Of a DNA stretch of 64,000 bases, positions 45,411 to 61,529 are shown piece by piece. The stretch lies in assembly GCF_009914755.1 (NCBI RefSeq), contig NC_060932.1. One strand, written 5' to 3'. Origin of the DNA: the human T2T-CHM13v2.0 reference genome, Homo sapiens. The translations under genes were made by a program, and so were the position numbers. The notes beneath the pieces are model-generated. The model was not told the DNA's origin and ran no database searches. It saw only the letters and a list, made by a program, of their open reading frames with translations. Each line of letters opens with the position of its first letter. Position 1 is the first letter of the stretch.

Positions 45411-47504
45411 ATATGAATTTTGAGGAGAGAACTACAAGTAGGGTAGAATAGTCATGAAGGCTGATTAGGAGCCAAGGAAGTTGATGTAGGTCTTGAATGA
45501 TGCATAAGATCTGGATAGAGGGAAGATAAGATTTGCCAGGTAGAAGCACCATATTCAGGGTCATGGAGGTAAGAAAAGGCAAACTGAGATCAAGAGAGAG
45601 ATTGGCTTACCAGAGGATGTGTATGGGAGATAAGGGTTGAAAGATAGGAAGGGCTCAAATAATTGCTAGGGCTTTTATATAAGTTTAAGGGTATGTATCT
45701 TAGGGTTACCTGTACAAAGGATACTTGACACACTGAGCTGCAGGAGAGCTCATCTTAAAATCAAAAAGGTTTGAGCAAAGGATGAACACAATCTACAGTC
45801 AGATTATGTCACTCCTTTGCCCAGACCTTCTTGATTGCTTCTAATTGCACATAGAATGCATCATCCTTCATATGGTTTGTAAAAACCTTAAATGGTATCT
45901 GGCTTCATACTTATTCTAGTACCAGTACATTTCTGTTTCCTTTTTACCACAGGAAGTCCTTTCTTTCCTTGGACATGTTACATTTCTTTCTTTCTGCAGT
46001 GTCCTTTGCCTGGAATTCTTTTCTTCCAGCCTTTAGCTGATTAACTGACGATCGTTCTTCAGATCTTGATTTAAATGTAACTTTCTCAAAGAGGCTTTCC
46101 CAGACCTTCCCCAGTTTCAGTTGTTTTATGTTATACTTTCTCCCTGTAATTTTTTTTTCAAATTATTGGATCACATTTTAAGATTGCATTTATTGAATAA
46201 ATGAAAGAAACTTGGAAGATTTTTAGAAACTGAACTGAAATTAGACAGGCTATGCATTTGAACATGACTCCTAAGAATGAAGTTGTGATTTTTAACATCT
46301 TTTGTTGCTTTGATTTGAAGAAATACATCTACTTGTAAATTACATAATGAAAGAAACACTAAGGCCAATTAGATATCATATTCTGACGACTCATTTGCAA
46401 GCATGCATATTAGGAGTTATTAATAATTAATAAAGTTATTTAATCTGCTTATTTTTTGGTAAAAACTCTAGCATGTATAACAAGTGACAAGACAGTATGT
46501 AGAAAATGGCTAATATAACGATTTATTTACACATTGTCACAAAGTTGCTAAAGACTTTGACAAAGTCAAATGTGATATCTGAACTCATAATACAATAACT
46601 ACAATAACTGTCTCCTTTGCATGGGCCCATTGGACACATCAACACACTGCATAAGTAAGTTTTCCAGGTAATTCTATCAGATCGTTATTTTATTACTTCA
46701 AACACTTAAAAAGGATCTTCTGGCATTTATTTATAATTCTTGCTTTATTAATTTGCAATATAACATTTTCTTTGTGATTTATTCATATTTAAGTATGTAA
46801 GGTTATAATGGCCTCAATTCATTAACCACATAATGTCATCTCTTTTTGTTTGCTGTGATTTGTGATTTTATAGGTCAGTTTTCCCTATTTCCCTGTTGTG
46901 TTGGTTCTATTGTTCTATTTCTGTGTTTCCTGTAAAATGATTTTTTTTTTAAAGCAGTGTTCTTGGTTTCTCAGAGAGCCTTTGTGCTTTTTGGCTGTCA
47001 GCATAGCCCAGCGTTTTGACTGCCACATAAATGAAATGTGTTTTATTTTATTGTAAGAATTGTATTAAATGATTCCACAAAAGACATGAGACATATGAAT
47101 GTTTTCCCACCTATTTCTTAATATTTAGCCTATGTAATTTATTTTTTAGGTTGTATATTATATTGTAATATTTAGGAACAATTTAATGTTTACTGTTATT
47201 TAAGATTGCTTATATTCTTTTATGAACTCATGACATGAAGCTGTGCAGAAATGCAAGTGATTTTTTTCTTTATGCTTTTAGTGGAAAGCCGCATGAACAT
47301 TCAGCAGCATGTTATTTTATTATAAAGCTCATTACTTTTTAAAATAGCATTTCACCACCTTTACTAAAAAATGTGAAGTGTTGTATTTGGATGGTTAGAT
47401 AGGGCAGTTCAATATAGGTATTGAAAATATTTTAAACTATTCAAGGTTAAATAGTTTAATAAGTAAAAGGAAAATAAGATGCAGTTTGCATTAATTTTCA
47501 TTTA

Positions 47505-48345
<841 letters not shown>

Positions 48346-49250
48346 TCATTACTTTCTCAGTCCTCTCAAAAATATAAAATGAATATTTTTGTTAATGTTG
48401 ATAGTTAATCAAATAGCTAATGTTAATAATTTTCAATGAGTTTATTAGAACAATGTTCAAAACAATTCTAAAACCAGATAGTTTTGCAATCCAAAAAGTA
48501 GCACAGTTAGTAATTTTGCCAGTGTTAAAACAGTTTGAATATATTAATACTATTTATAATAATTTCTAATAAGAACAGAAACTGTCCCTTTAGGTTTTCA
48601 TTGAAAATCCCAATATTAACAGCAATCTCAATATAGTTCACTGCAGTGTATTATCTAGAAAGATAAGCACACTCTTACACATAATATTTGATTAGTAGAA
48701 AATAACACTGCATGTTAGTGATTTGAAGGTGTGTATGTTTAACCATCTTGGTTTCTGCGAGAGAACATCAGAACATCATAACTTATCTATTATTATTGTA
48801 GTTTTGAGAATAAGGTAATCTCTTTTTAAACAATGTAATTTTTTGGTCTATTTGTGCTAATTCCTATTTCTAGTATGAAAATCACACAGAATATCCAATA
48901 TATTCTCTACAGAGTTATCTTCTTTTCATTTAGAACTGTTTTCACCCAAAATAGCAAAGTTATGCTTTTATTCCATAGGAGTCCTAAATAGTGCTAATTC
49001 AATTTTGTGAATTTTAGCTTATGACATTTATTATGAAGTGATATTTTATTTTTATTTGCAACAAACATTTCTATGGCCTTTTGTACAGTTTAGGCCATCA
49101 GAGAGGTCTTTAATAAATGCCTAAGGTAAGTATGCCTTTATAGACACACATACACACACACGTATGTATGTGTCTGTAAATACACATTTTTATTAGCAAA
49201 ATTCAGTATGATAATACTTTTCAGACTTATGTGTATTTCTTTCACTTTAG

Positions 49251-49368
49251 ATTTTAGTCCAGTGGAACCTAATTCCTCAAGTCTAATGGAAACCAATCCT
49301 CTGGAATGGCCAGAAAGGCATGTTCTTCAAAATTTGGAAACTTTTGAAAAAACTAAACAAAAAATGAG
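49251..49368 (+). CDS. MTBP: MTBP exon 15 (118 nt; [38 protein letters not shown](R))
   Basis: cactttag|AT...ATGAG|gtaata. Confidence 0.95.
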
Positions 49369-49989
49369 GTAATATTTGAATCTGTAGTAAAGCATGTGAT
49401 AGCTCAGTAATTTGAATGAATTTTTTAAAATAGTTAAATTATGTTTATGAGATTTAAGCAGTTTATTGTTTTATTATAAAAGAAATACATACTTACTGTG
49501 AATAGATAGTTAATCACTAGAGTAGTATATCAATTAAAAGGGAAGGGCTCATCTTGCTCTGCCCTGCACTTGTACTTTCTAGGTCTGTGTCATCACAGTG
49601 AACATTTTGGTATATAGCCTTTCAGACCGTCTTCCATAGACATACACAGTATATGAAGATATAAGAAAATCTTACTACAAGAACATGTAAAACAAAGTAG
49701 AAGTACTTGCCTCATTTGAACCACTTTGATCTTTTCCTGTTTTACATTCATATATGTTTATACAGTGCCTATGAATGAACTGTATGAGGCAGGATTTTTT
49801 GTTTTATTTTGTTTTTGTTATTTTGGTTCAGTACATAGTAGGCCCTTAGTACATAATTGTTAAATGATGAAATAAAAGAGGAGAAGCTAAGCTCTCTTAC
49901 ATTACTTTTCTCCGAAATATTACAAATCACATTTTTATTTTTAGCTTCTCCATGGGTAGTATTTTATTACTTGCTATAGCTTTGTTTCA

Positions 49990-50990
49990 TACACATGAAA
50001 CAGGCATTTATTGAGTACCAACCATGTGTCAGGCGCTGGGAATATGAGGAATAACAAGCTGTGCACTGCCCCTCTCATCTAGAGCTTAGCTTTTAATGAC
50101 AGCAGCAATCAAAACAAGTAACCAGACAAGTAAATGTAATAGTTGTAAATTATTCTGTGTGTAATGAATGAAATAAAAAGACTGGGGGAGAAAAATTTTA
50201 TTTGTTGTGGGGAGGGAAGTGGTAGTACTCACTTAGATGAGGTGGATGGTCAGGGAGACCTCTTAGAGGACGTTACATTTGAGCTGAGACCTAACGGATA
50301 AATGGGTGAAGTACATTCAGTCACACAGGACCAAATAGGTCCTCATACACAGTTCGGATTTCATTTTAAGTGCATTGGTGGGAGGATTTCATATGAAAGA
50401 GTGATGGGATATGATTTTGCAAAAATTTTGCTTTCTTACGGCAAATAAATTGCAGGAGGGAGAGATTAGAGCAGAGAGACAGATGGCTCTATCTGTAGGC
50501 TAAGTGAGAGATGACTGTAATTTCAAACTAGAGCAGTAGTAGTGGAAATAAATTTGGGAGATAACGTTAGTGGTAAGCTGGTGAAAAGCTTCCTATGATG
50601 CATTAGATGTGGAATAGAGGGAAAGGAAATGTTGAAGATCATTTAGATTTCTGGCTTCAGTCGAGTGAGTGGTGTTCTTCTGGGGTAGATGGGTGGAAAC
50701 TTAGGGTGAGGACAGCTTTGGGGAGAAAAAGTCAAGAATTCTTCTTTAGGGATGATACGTTTGATCTATCCAAGTGGAAATAACAAGTGGACTGTGGGGA
50801 TATCTGGAACTCACTCAATTTGGAGTTATCATCAGTAGGGATTTCCAAATACATGATGGTTGATGAGTTACATGGTGAGACTATGAGGCAAAAAGAAATG
50901 GAGGCTAAGACCACTCCTTAAGAATCCCTGGTGTTTATAGGTTAGGCAGGAGAAGACAAGAAAGAAGAGTGAGAAAAGGACAGGTTCCCC
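49990..50990. mobile_element. L2 fragments
   Basis: CATTTATTGAGTACCAACCATGTGTCAGGC and purine-rich L2-like body. Confidence 0.6.
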
Positions 50991-53464
50991 ATGAGAGAAC
51001 CTCAATTTCTTGCCTACCAATTTTAGATGATATCTTATAACTTCCCACTGGGAAAGATGAGTAATTAACACCCTTATTTTTCTTCCCTTTTTATCTTCTA
51101 TCTCTAAACCTTATGCTATTTGCAGTATACAAGTCTTAATTTTATTTTTCTTCTCTCTGAGTTCCTACTCTAACTTGGCTGACTCTACCTGCATATTTGT
51201 TATCCTGGTATTTCTTTTGATTACATTTTAGATTAGTTCTGTATTTTCTTGGATTTCATATATTAAAGAGAAGTCTGATGCCACATCGATTTTTGTTCCT
51301 CAATAAGTATTTTATTTTGTCTCTAAAACTTTTACAATTTTCTATTTTCTTTAATGTTCTGAAATTACAAGAGGCCATGGTATGAGATGTTTTAGATTCA
51401 AGTCTTTTGTCTTTTTGTGGCTCTGAGAAATATCTTATTATTTCTTCAATACTATTCTTCCCTTCATTTTCTTTTTTTCTTTCTCTCTGAAATACCTATT
51501 TTAATTAATATTAAACATTCTGGATTGATGTTTTTTAATTTGATTTTTTTCTTAATATTCTATCTCTAACTTTTCTGCTCTATGTTCTGGGGAATTTCCT
51601 TTACCTTTGGTTTCATCTTTTCTGTTAAAATTTTTGGTAGTCATATTTTAAATTTCTAATAGTTTGCTCTTGTTCTTCTGCTGTATTTTTTCTAGCAACC
51701 TATTCTTTTATTAATAAGACTTGAGATGATACTGTAAGGATATTAATTAGAATTTTCTTTAAATTTGTTTTATCTGTTTCTTGAATTATCTCATTTCCAT
51801 TTGCAGCTGTTTTATTTGTTCTTCTGGTGTTTTTCTCTTATGTGTAATTTTTCTCCAGTGTCTGGTGGTCCTTGATTGTCTCTTCATAACTAGGAATATA
51901 GGGCCCTGTTGCTTTCTATAGGTAGTTGGCATGTATTTTCTTTCCATAGGTTTAGTCCTGTTCCCCACGTCTCTCACTTATATTAATGTTAGGAGAAGGG
52001 AGAGCCGGGGTAGAGAATGTTTGTCAGGCTTCACTTTAGGGCATACTTTAGGGTATCAGCAGGCAGGAAGCATTGGTGCTTCACCCAGCACTAAATTACA
52101 GGGGCTTTATTCTGGGCCATCACCACTGACACTGAGACAGGCACTGTATCTTTACAAATTAAAATCATTATATAGCTCCCACCCTGCTGGAGTATGAAGT
52201 CCGGAGAGAATTTGAGTGTTTTGTTGACTGTTTTTATTAGATTAATATTTTCAGTTTAAAAACAAAGGAATAGGAAGAGGAAAGAGGCACTGTCAGTATT
52301 TTATTGACCCTTAATATACAGAAATATGTTTAAAACTGTAATGTCAACATTTTAATCATGTAATTATCAGTAATTATGCTTAATTTGAGTAATAATCAGG
52401 AAATAGTTGAGTTAATATGAAGTTAGGAAATTAATTTTCTGTGCAGACATTGAAATATTTTATTTATGCTATGGTAACAGAGCTAAGGTGATCTGATTCA
52501 GTGCATAGTGAAACCTCTAACTGAAACCTCTAACTGGAAACATCTAACTGAAACTACAGTGCTTTTCACTTGCCGGTATTTAAAACTTTCTGTGAGTTTT
52601 TTTTCATTTATAGGGTCATAGAGTAGAAATAATAACTAATTTGGAGTTAGTCTGGTTCTATCATTTTAAATAGCTGTATCACCCTGGGTCTGTAATGTAA
52701 CCTTTTGTATGTTAGCATCTTTACTTGACAAGTCGGAATAATGATTGCTTTTTAAGCTTGGCATGCCGATTTTCACTTTACAAAGTACTTATTTTTAGTT
52801 ATTATTTCATTTTGAGATAAGACCTATTCCATCTTTTTCAAGGAAACTTGTGAGGATTAAGAATATATTATATGTAAAGTAGTTTGAAAAATATAAAGTC
52901 CTGCATGTATTTCAGGTATATAATAATGATTCAGTGCTTATTCATAATGTCATCATCATGGCTACAAGAGACTTTGGGGAGATTTCTGATTATTGTCTCA
53001 TTTCACGGTTGTGCTTCAAGTAATCTTTCCAGTTCATGGAAAATTGGAACATTCAGTCACTTCCCTCAAAAATTTATAGTATTGTGGGGTTTCAGAACAT
53101 ACAAGAGAATTTAGATTTAAGTTTTATAGAATTGGTAACTTCACACCACTGAATAATAGGCCATCATTAATAGATAATGTAATTATGTTTCTTTTAAGTA
53201 GTTAAAATACTACTTCTTGACATGATAACTGCAAGTTTTATTGTGACCTAAAGATTTTTTAAAACATAGTTAGAAACTAAGTTATTTGCAAATATTTTAC
53301 TTTATTGTCTGTCCTAAATGTTTAATTCTCCCATGTTGCTGGTGTGTTTTTCTGGTTTCTGCTCACATCTTCTTTTCCCGACTGTGCTTTTTTTTTTTTT
53401 TGACTCTGGCTTCTCTCTGGATTGAATCCACTTTTAATAAATCTGCATAACATTATTTTCCCAG

Positions 53465-53620
53465 AACTGGTTCATTACCTCATTCATCTGAACAGTTGCT
53501 GGGCCACAAAGAGGGTCCTCGGGACTCAATCACATTGTTGGATGCTAAAGAATTGCTGAAGTACTTTACCTCAGATGGATTACCCATTGGAGATCTTCAA
53601 CCTTTACCGATTCAAAAGGG
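53465..53620 (+). CDS. MTBP: MTBP exon 16 (156 nt; [51 protein letters not shown](G))
   Basis: ttttcccag|A...AAGGG|gtaggt; phase 2/2. Confidence 0.94.
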
Positions 53621-56079
53621 GTAGGTTATAAACTTATAATTTCCAGTTAACTTTTTAAAAATTACTTTTAAATAAAATTGTGTCTCATTTCCTTATTAAT
53701 TGATGTCCTATGCTACTCAGGGAAAATTTATAAGTTTGATCCCAATGTTTGTCTGTTGGCCTTAATCTTCACTTTTTACCTTATCAAAATATCCTACTGT
53801 TTTGTGGTATTGAATATAAGAGAAACAGGAATAAGAAAAGCAAACTCACCATATTCCCTGTAGAAGTCAGTAACTTCTATTTGGTATGCAAAGGACAATG
53901 CTTTCTAAAAAAAATAGGAATTTGACTTACAAAATTTTTTTTTTAGTTCTCTTTTCTGTGTTACTGTAGTGTTGATATTGCCACTACTCAGCATGAGCAT
54001 TGTCAGGCATGCCTAATAGTAGCAAAAAGCATGGCCTTTCACCTGAAGAACAGGAAAATGTAATAAAAATGCTTTGGAAACTATGACATTGCCAAGTAAG
54101 AATTCAGTGTCTACGTGAATAAATTACAACTAATTTGACTTCCAAGACAGTTTTCACTAAGTTACTAGTTAATAAATGCTGCATGTTGCTGACTTTGACA
54201 AAATTGCCCGTAAAATTGTGACATCAAATACCTGTGAGAATTGAATAATTTACTAATTACTCTAATGTCTTTTTAATTGTTAATTCATTACTTTGAAAAC
54301 CTTCCAAAAGACCTTAAAAATTGTAGATCACTTTGATCACTTTTATAAGCTTAATCGGAATTATACTGTGATAAATATTGCCTTTAAAGGTGAATTTTGC
54401 AAAGGAGTTATTTGAAGGCAGTTATATCTCAGAAATATTGCTGGAACATTATTGCTTTATGTGCATGTTCACTAGAGAGAGATAAAGAGCAACTGAAAAT
54501 TTGAGAGTCTTAATGACTTAATGATTTTAATGACATAAAAATTATATAATTTTGGAGTAATTTTTTTCCCATAACGTTGAAAGATTGATAACCTTTTGTT
54601 GTGGGAATCAAGAAAGTAAAGAAATATACATGTTTTCATCTATTTAGTTATTGGATTACTGTCCTTTCAAATCATTAAGCACAAACTGGCAGAGTCAGTT
54701 GGTTTGCCTAAACTGAATTATTTATGTAAGTTGTACTCTTTTTGACAGAATGTCTTTCTAGATGCATTGTAGGGGAGATAAAGTTAGTTCTTTCTGGAAA
54801 CTAATTGTAGGTGATTTATTTAGGAAAATTTGATGTGATTCTTCAATGTTAGTAAAGAACTGCATGGCTATCAAATGTATCTTCTGTTAACATTAGAGTT
54901 GAAGGATGAGTTTTCATGGTAATAAATCAGGAACCTATATGCTCTTATTAAATGTTTACCTGCACAAGAAGCCATCCAAAATACTGTGTTAAACAAAGTA
55001 CAAACATGACTCCTATGTATATACCAAGGAAATAATAAACATTGACAAAACACATATTTATCAACATGTTTATTTTAGAAAGAAAAACTTGTGAGTGAAA
55101 TTAAACAAAAATAGGTAAGGTTGCTGAGGGCGATTGATATGAGAAATGAGAGACAATATGGTAAAGGAAAGAAGTAAAATGCTAGATAAAGATTTCCATT
55201 TTACAAAATTATTTTAATAATCATCGAAATACTGGGGTCATTGTAATTTACTAATGTTACTTTTTGTGGAATAATTTAAATGGATGCATTTGAATATAAT
55301 GTCTGCTTTTTAGGATTCATTAATTGGCATGAATTTTACATTTTAATGTAATAATTTCGAATGCTTATCATAGTACCCTAGATAATTTTCAGTGGCAGGA
55401 CAGTTTTCATTACCAATGCCATAGGGGGGAAAATGTGATAGCAAATTTATTCTTAGTACTCTACTATTTACTTGCCCTTCTACATACCATTTCCAACTCT
55501 TCTGAACTCAAGCCCCTGGTATTTCATTTTACCTAGTAACTATTTAAAGACCACTGTTGCATAATTTCCCCATTTCCTGAACTTCTGAGCTTCAGGACCG
55601 TGATCCATTACATTACAACAGTGGTTTCCAGCTCAGAGAAGGACGGCACCTATCGGAATAATCCAGAGAGCTTAATCTAATTGCAGTGACCCTCTTCTTT
55701 CCCAGATTTTGATATATCGCTGTAGTTCTAGGTGTGGAAAGGCTTGAGCATGAATATTTTATGTAAACTCGACATATGATTAGTTCTAACATGCCAGTTG
55801 ATTGAAAACCTACTTCAGAAAAAGAACTGAACTCAGCAGTTAGTCTCTATACCCTCTGATATTTAAAAAGTTGCTGACTCTTAAAGTAGGTGCCAGTGAC
55901 TACATTCTCAAGCAAAGAAAGATCTGGGTCCCACGTGTTTTAGTAGGAAGTAAATACTTTTATTGTTACCAAAGATTCAAGTTGACTTTAATTATTCCCC
56001 TGCAGAAAAGGATTTAACTAAATGCCTAAACATTAGTTTACTCTACCAAGGAAAATCTTCCAGAAATAAGGCTGCCTCT

Positions 56080-56390
56080 TGGCTGGACGCAGTGGCTCAT
56101 GCCAGTAATCCTAACACTTTGGGAGGCTGAGGCCGGCGGATCACTTGAGGTCAGGAGTTTGAGACCAGCCTGGCCAACATGGTGAAACCCTGTCTCTACT
56201 AAAAATACAAAAATTAGTTGGACATGGGAGCGGGTGCCTGTAATTCTAGCTACTCAGGAAGCTGAGGCAGGAGAATCGCTTGAACCTGGGAGGCAGAAGT
56301 TGCAGTGAGCTGAGATTACACCACTACACCCCAGCCTGGACGACAGAGTGAGACTCCGTCCCCACCGCCCCCCCAAAAAAAGAAAGAAAT
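56080..56390 (+). mobile_element. AluS
   Basis: Full dimer; TSD core CTGCCTCTT. Confidence 0.93.
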
Positions 56391-56694
56391 AATACTGCCT
56401 CTTGAATTTCCATTATAAATCATATTGCATTTTTGTTTTACCCATTTCTCAGAATAGTTTTGTGCAATAAATAACATCATAACTTATTGAGGTACAGAAA
56501 ATTTAAGTAATGAAAGCCAAGGCCTAACCTTGCTTCATTTCCTTATTATACTTTCTGGTGTGCCTTAACCTTTGTCCCATATAAAATTCCAATTGTAGAG
56601 GAAAAAGTCAGATTTGTTTCATTAGATACTTTCTTTAACTTTCTTTTTGTCAGTAAATAAACTTTGAATACAAATGAAAAATTTTTTGTTTCAG

Positions 56695-56790
56695 GGAAAA
56701 GACTTTTGTTTTGACACCAGAACTTAGTCCTGGGAAACTTCAGGTCTTACCTTTTGAGAAAGCCTCAGTATGTCATTATCATGGAATTGA
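56695..56790 (+). CDS. MTBP: MTBP exon 17 (96 nt; [31 protein letters not shown](E))
   Basis: tgtttcag|G...ATTGA|gtaagt; contains TP and SP CDK-type motifs. Confidence 0.95.
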
Positions 56791-57301
56791 GTAAGTTTTT
56801 ATTTGTACTTTACTCTTCTGTATGTTGTTGATACAGCCTGTCTTGTGTGAAGAGTGACTTTAATAAAATGATATAAATTGAGACAGAGACCAAGAGGATA
56901 TGTCAAAAACCTCAAAAAGCAAAGTAGTGCATACAAAAATAATTTGTCTTCTGTTGAAGAAGTTATTTGATGATTAATCAGCTTAATAGCATTTAAGCAT
57001 CCTATTATTAGTTACTATATATTTTAATCAAAATTGTTTTGGTCCCTATGTTATAAATGTATATTCACACTATGGGTCACATTAATATTTCCTGGTCACC
57101 AATTACATTGTAGTTGCTCAGAAATTGTTAGATAGGGCCCAGCATTTCAATACTAGATATTTTTCCAAGAGAAAGACTTATACAAGTATGCACATAATAG
57201 TTTAATTCTCAATATCCTCAAACTGGAAAGAGCCTAGGAGGATATCAATAGGAAAATAGATAAACTATGGTATATTTATATAAAGCAATACTATTCAACT
57301 A

Positions 57302-57689
<388 letters not shown>

Positions 57690-57997
57690 GAATTTGAAGA
57701 CTTTGAAATTAGCAGTATGAAGTATAACATTCAATAGTGATTTATTTCTAAAAGAAATCCTGTATGAAATGCTAATTTGAATCTAAATGGTAAGATAAGA
57801 TTTTTAAATTGTTTTGTGAACAACAGATCGGCAACTCGGAGATAGCTACTAAATTATAAAAAGATAAGATATGCCACCCGATCCATGTTTTTAGTTCTGC
57901 TATTTGACTAAAGGATTCCTTGTTTGAGAGGATTATTATTCTCCCTTTAACATGAAAAAGGTAGGGATGTTTCCCAAATAGCCTTAAATTTAGCTGA

Positions 57998-58355
<358 letters not shown>

Positions 58356-60849
58356 CAAAATTTTACTTTTCATTTATACTAAGTTCATTAAATTTAAGTG
58401 GAAACATCTTGTTCTACTATATAAACATTTGATTAATAGGATATATTTTTCTGTTTTCCCCCTTCTGATTTTATTAAAGACTTAGAAATTAAACATTATA
58501 GAAAAGTTTATAATGAAAACCAACAATTCCTTTCCTTATTACTACCTAACTGCATCCCAGTTTTTAGAAAAAAACAATATATATATTATTTGTTTGGTTT
58601 AGTTTCCCTGGTGGTTATCTCTCATTTTAAAAAATACCCTTATGTCAATATTTTTAACTGTCACAATATAAAATATTGACTCTGCTATGAAGATTTGGTT
58701 CTTCTTCTCAAGTTGAGCTCTCCGCTATTTACTTTCATGTTTTTAAATATATACACATTTAAACTTCTCCTTCTTATTCCATCAGCTATAAAGCAGTATC
58801 TCCCCCACTTTGTTTGATAAGAATTTTAGGACCTGTTAATCTGTTAATCTGTTAAAGGAAACTAATTAAAAATTTTAGGTATTTTGTATTTAATTTGAAT
58901 GTGAAAGTTGAAACCAGTCAACAGTGTTTATATTATTATTATGAAAAGTAGCGTTCACTGTTGAGAAAATGTGCTAGTATTAACATTTGCTTTGCTACAT
59001 GGCCAGAATACCCCAGGACACATCTGTTTTTCTCTTCCTCAGCCCTATAAACACACTGAAGCACTGATTTGAATAAAATAAGCTACAATAATTACATTTT
59101 AACTGCTGACTAAAGTGTCCATCATATAATCTTATTTAGATTATTTCTCCCAAAATTTTAATTTAGTTTTGTTTATTCTGTGTCTCCATCTCGCTACTCT
59201 TTTTTTTCTGCTGTTTTTAATTTACTATAGAAGAAATCTTGATATATACAAATTTATAAAATTTGTCAAGGATATGTTCTTCATGATCATTTATCAAAAT
59301 ATTAAATTAAGATTTATTTGAGTACTGTGTCCTGAAGGGCTTAAATCTACACAGAGCTTTATTAACTTATACACATACAATGTTATGAAATTCTGATTCA
59401 CTGTAAAAAGTAATTCTCTTCTCCACTACCTACCTACTCCCATAAACAAATAAACAAATCTATCTGTGACTCACTTTTTTTTACTGTAAATTTATGCTCA
59501 TTAAACTGGGGACATTGAGACTAGGCTGACAAAGTTGTAGGAGGTGAGCACCATGAATTCAGAAACATGTTTTTTTCAAGAAGATTTGGGTGTATAGTAT
59601 GAGAACCGATTTATGTTCAACATAGATTATGGTGTAGAAACAAAGTCAAGTAACATTTTAAAGTAAATATGAAACTACAAAGAAAGTTCTCTTACGTTAT
59701 TGTGGGCCTTTAGAACCCTGGAGCTCTTTCTCTGATACAAAGGAATATTTGGAAAGAATGTGTTAATGGCATGGGAGCAAAACAATGTTTTTTAAGGCAA
59801 GTTAAAATATTAACCACTGTTGGCTTGTTTGTTTTTTCACTTATTTACCCTATCCTGGAATTTAAGATGCCATTAATTGTAAAATACACTGTTTTATTAA
59901 ACAGCAAATTAAACTCTGCTGTCATACTCTGACAATCATTTGATCACACCAGGCTCTCATTGCTTTGAAACTTCCTTCATCTATTCCAAGAGATTTGGCA
60001 GTTCCTTCTGCCTTAATTGGTATTGGTTGGTTTGTGATAGGCAGTATTTTGTGTATTTCTTAGTTACAAAACAAAAACAGCTTCATTGTCTTATGGGTGT
60101 TTTTCTTTGTTAGGACCCATAAAGCATTTGCTTATTGTTTTGTAAGAAAATATGGAATTGTGGTCATTCATCCAACAATAAATTTTTACTTCACTAATAT
60201 CAAATATACACCCTGCCCCCTGCCTCTTTGTTTCTTTTCTCTAATTTACAAAGTAAATTTTTGTTCCGATGGCAAATCATAGTATAATCATTTTAAAGAT
60301 ATTTTAAATGGCGATTAACATCAACATGTACAGTGTGCATAATTCAGTTGAAGCTATGACACTATGAACAGCTGTGATCAAGAGATGTTAAAACCGGAAG
60401 AAAAAAATCTGCATCTTAGAAATAAAATCTTAAGGTAGAAAGAAATATTCATCTTAGAATCAAAATATGCATCTTTTCTCTCAAAAATTTTCTGTATTCA
60501 AGCTCATCAGGCATTATATTGCCTCTTGCCAGACTCTTGAAATTCACATTTCTAATTTTACTCTAGATTCTACCAATTACCCATGATAGAAGTCGGACTC
60601 ATCAGTAACCCTTAGGGTTGCTTCTGGTTTTTAATGAAATATGTTTCTTAAGCAACAGACTAGAGAAAGAATATTAGCTAGAGAGATGCCAAGACCTAGG
60701 TTCTACTCCCTACTCTGCCACCAACTCACATTCAGATTTAGAGATCAATTTTGTCACCGGTTAAATTAAACTGAGTAGATCAGAGATTTTCAGTCCTAGT
60801 TATAATTTAGAATCATCTAAGTAGACTTTTTAAAAAGTGTGTATTTTTA

Positions 60850-61185
60850 ATATTTAAATATAATTAATTTTAATATAATAAGATGTTTTGATGTACGTAT
60901 GTATAGTGAAATGATCACTATAGCCAGGCAAACTAACATAACCATCATCTCACATAGTTACCTCTTGTTTTGTGTGCCAAGAGCACCCAAAGTCTAGTCT
61001 CTTAGCAAATTTTCAATATACAGTACATATGATTAACTATAGTCCTTGTACTGTATGCTAGATTTCTAGATTTATTCATCCTACATAACTCTGCAACTTT
61101 GTACCCTTTAATCTACATCTTTCCATAACCTTCCCCATCCCCATAACCACTATTCTACTCTGTTTCTATGGATTTGAGTAGTTTT
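60850..61185 (-). mobile_element. L1MA-like 3' end inserted into a MER5A-like element
   Basis: GTGAAATGAT...AACTAACATA...CATCTCACATAGTTACC...TTAGCAAATTTTCAA is an L1MA 3'UTR reversed; MER5A-like halves flank it (about 60775-60845 and 61185-61325). Confidence 0.7.
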
Positions 61186-61529
61186 TTAAGAATCACCCAG
61201 GCAGATTTTTAAAACTGTCAAAGACAGAGTATTACCCTAGACCAATTAAATCAGAAACACTGAGCACGTAGTATTTCTTGAAAGCTCTTCAGATGGTTCT
61301 AATGCTCAGCCATGTGTTGAACAGGAGTAAGATGATTCTTACACTTTACATAGAGATAGTATACCAAAATGGTTAAAGTCAGGCTCTGAAGTCACCAACC
61401 TGGGTTTACATTCTGGCTGTGCTACATATTGTCAGCATACTGCCAGCTTTACTGTGGTAGAAAATAAATCTAATGATGATGATAACAATAATAGTAACAT
61501 ACATTTCTTGACTGCCCTGTTTGCATGTT

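Noticed and set aside
52509-52555. TGAAACCTCTAAC x3, and AGAAACACAAGTGAAAG x2 at 62441-62474
   Set aside because: Short slippage duplications with no evidence of function.
53960-54560. Apparently non-repetitive intronic block as an enhancer or ncRNA
   Set aside because: No recognisable motif, ORF or structure; it cannot be supported without conservation or chromatin data.
56360-56374. C-run CCCCACCGCCCCCCC in an Alu tail as a GC-box or G4 element
   Set aside because: A single short motif with no CpG island and too few G-tracts.
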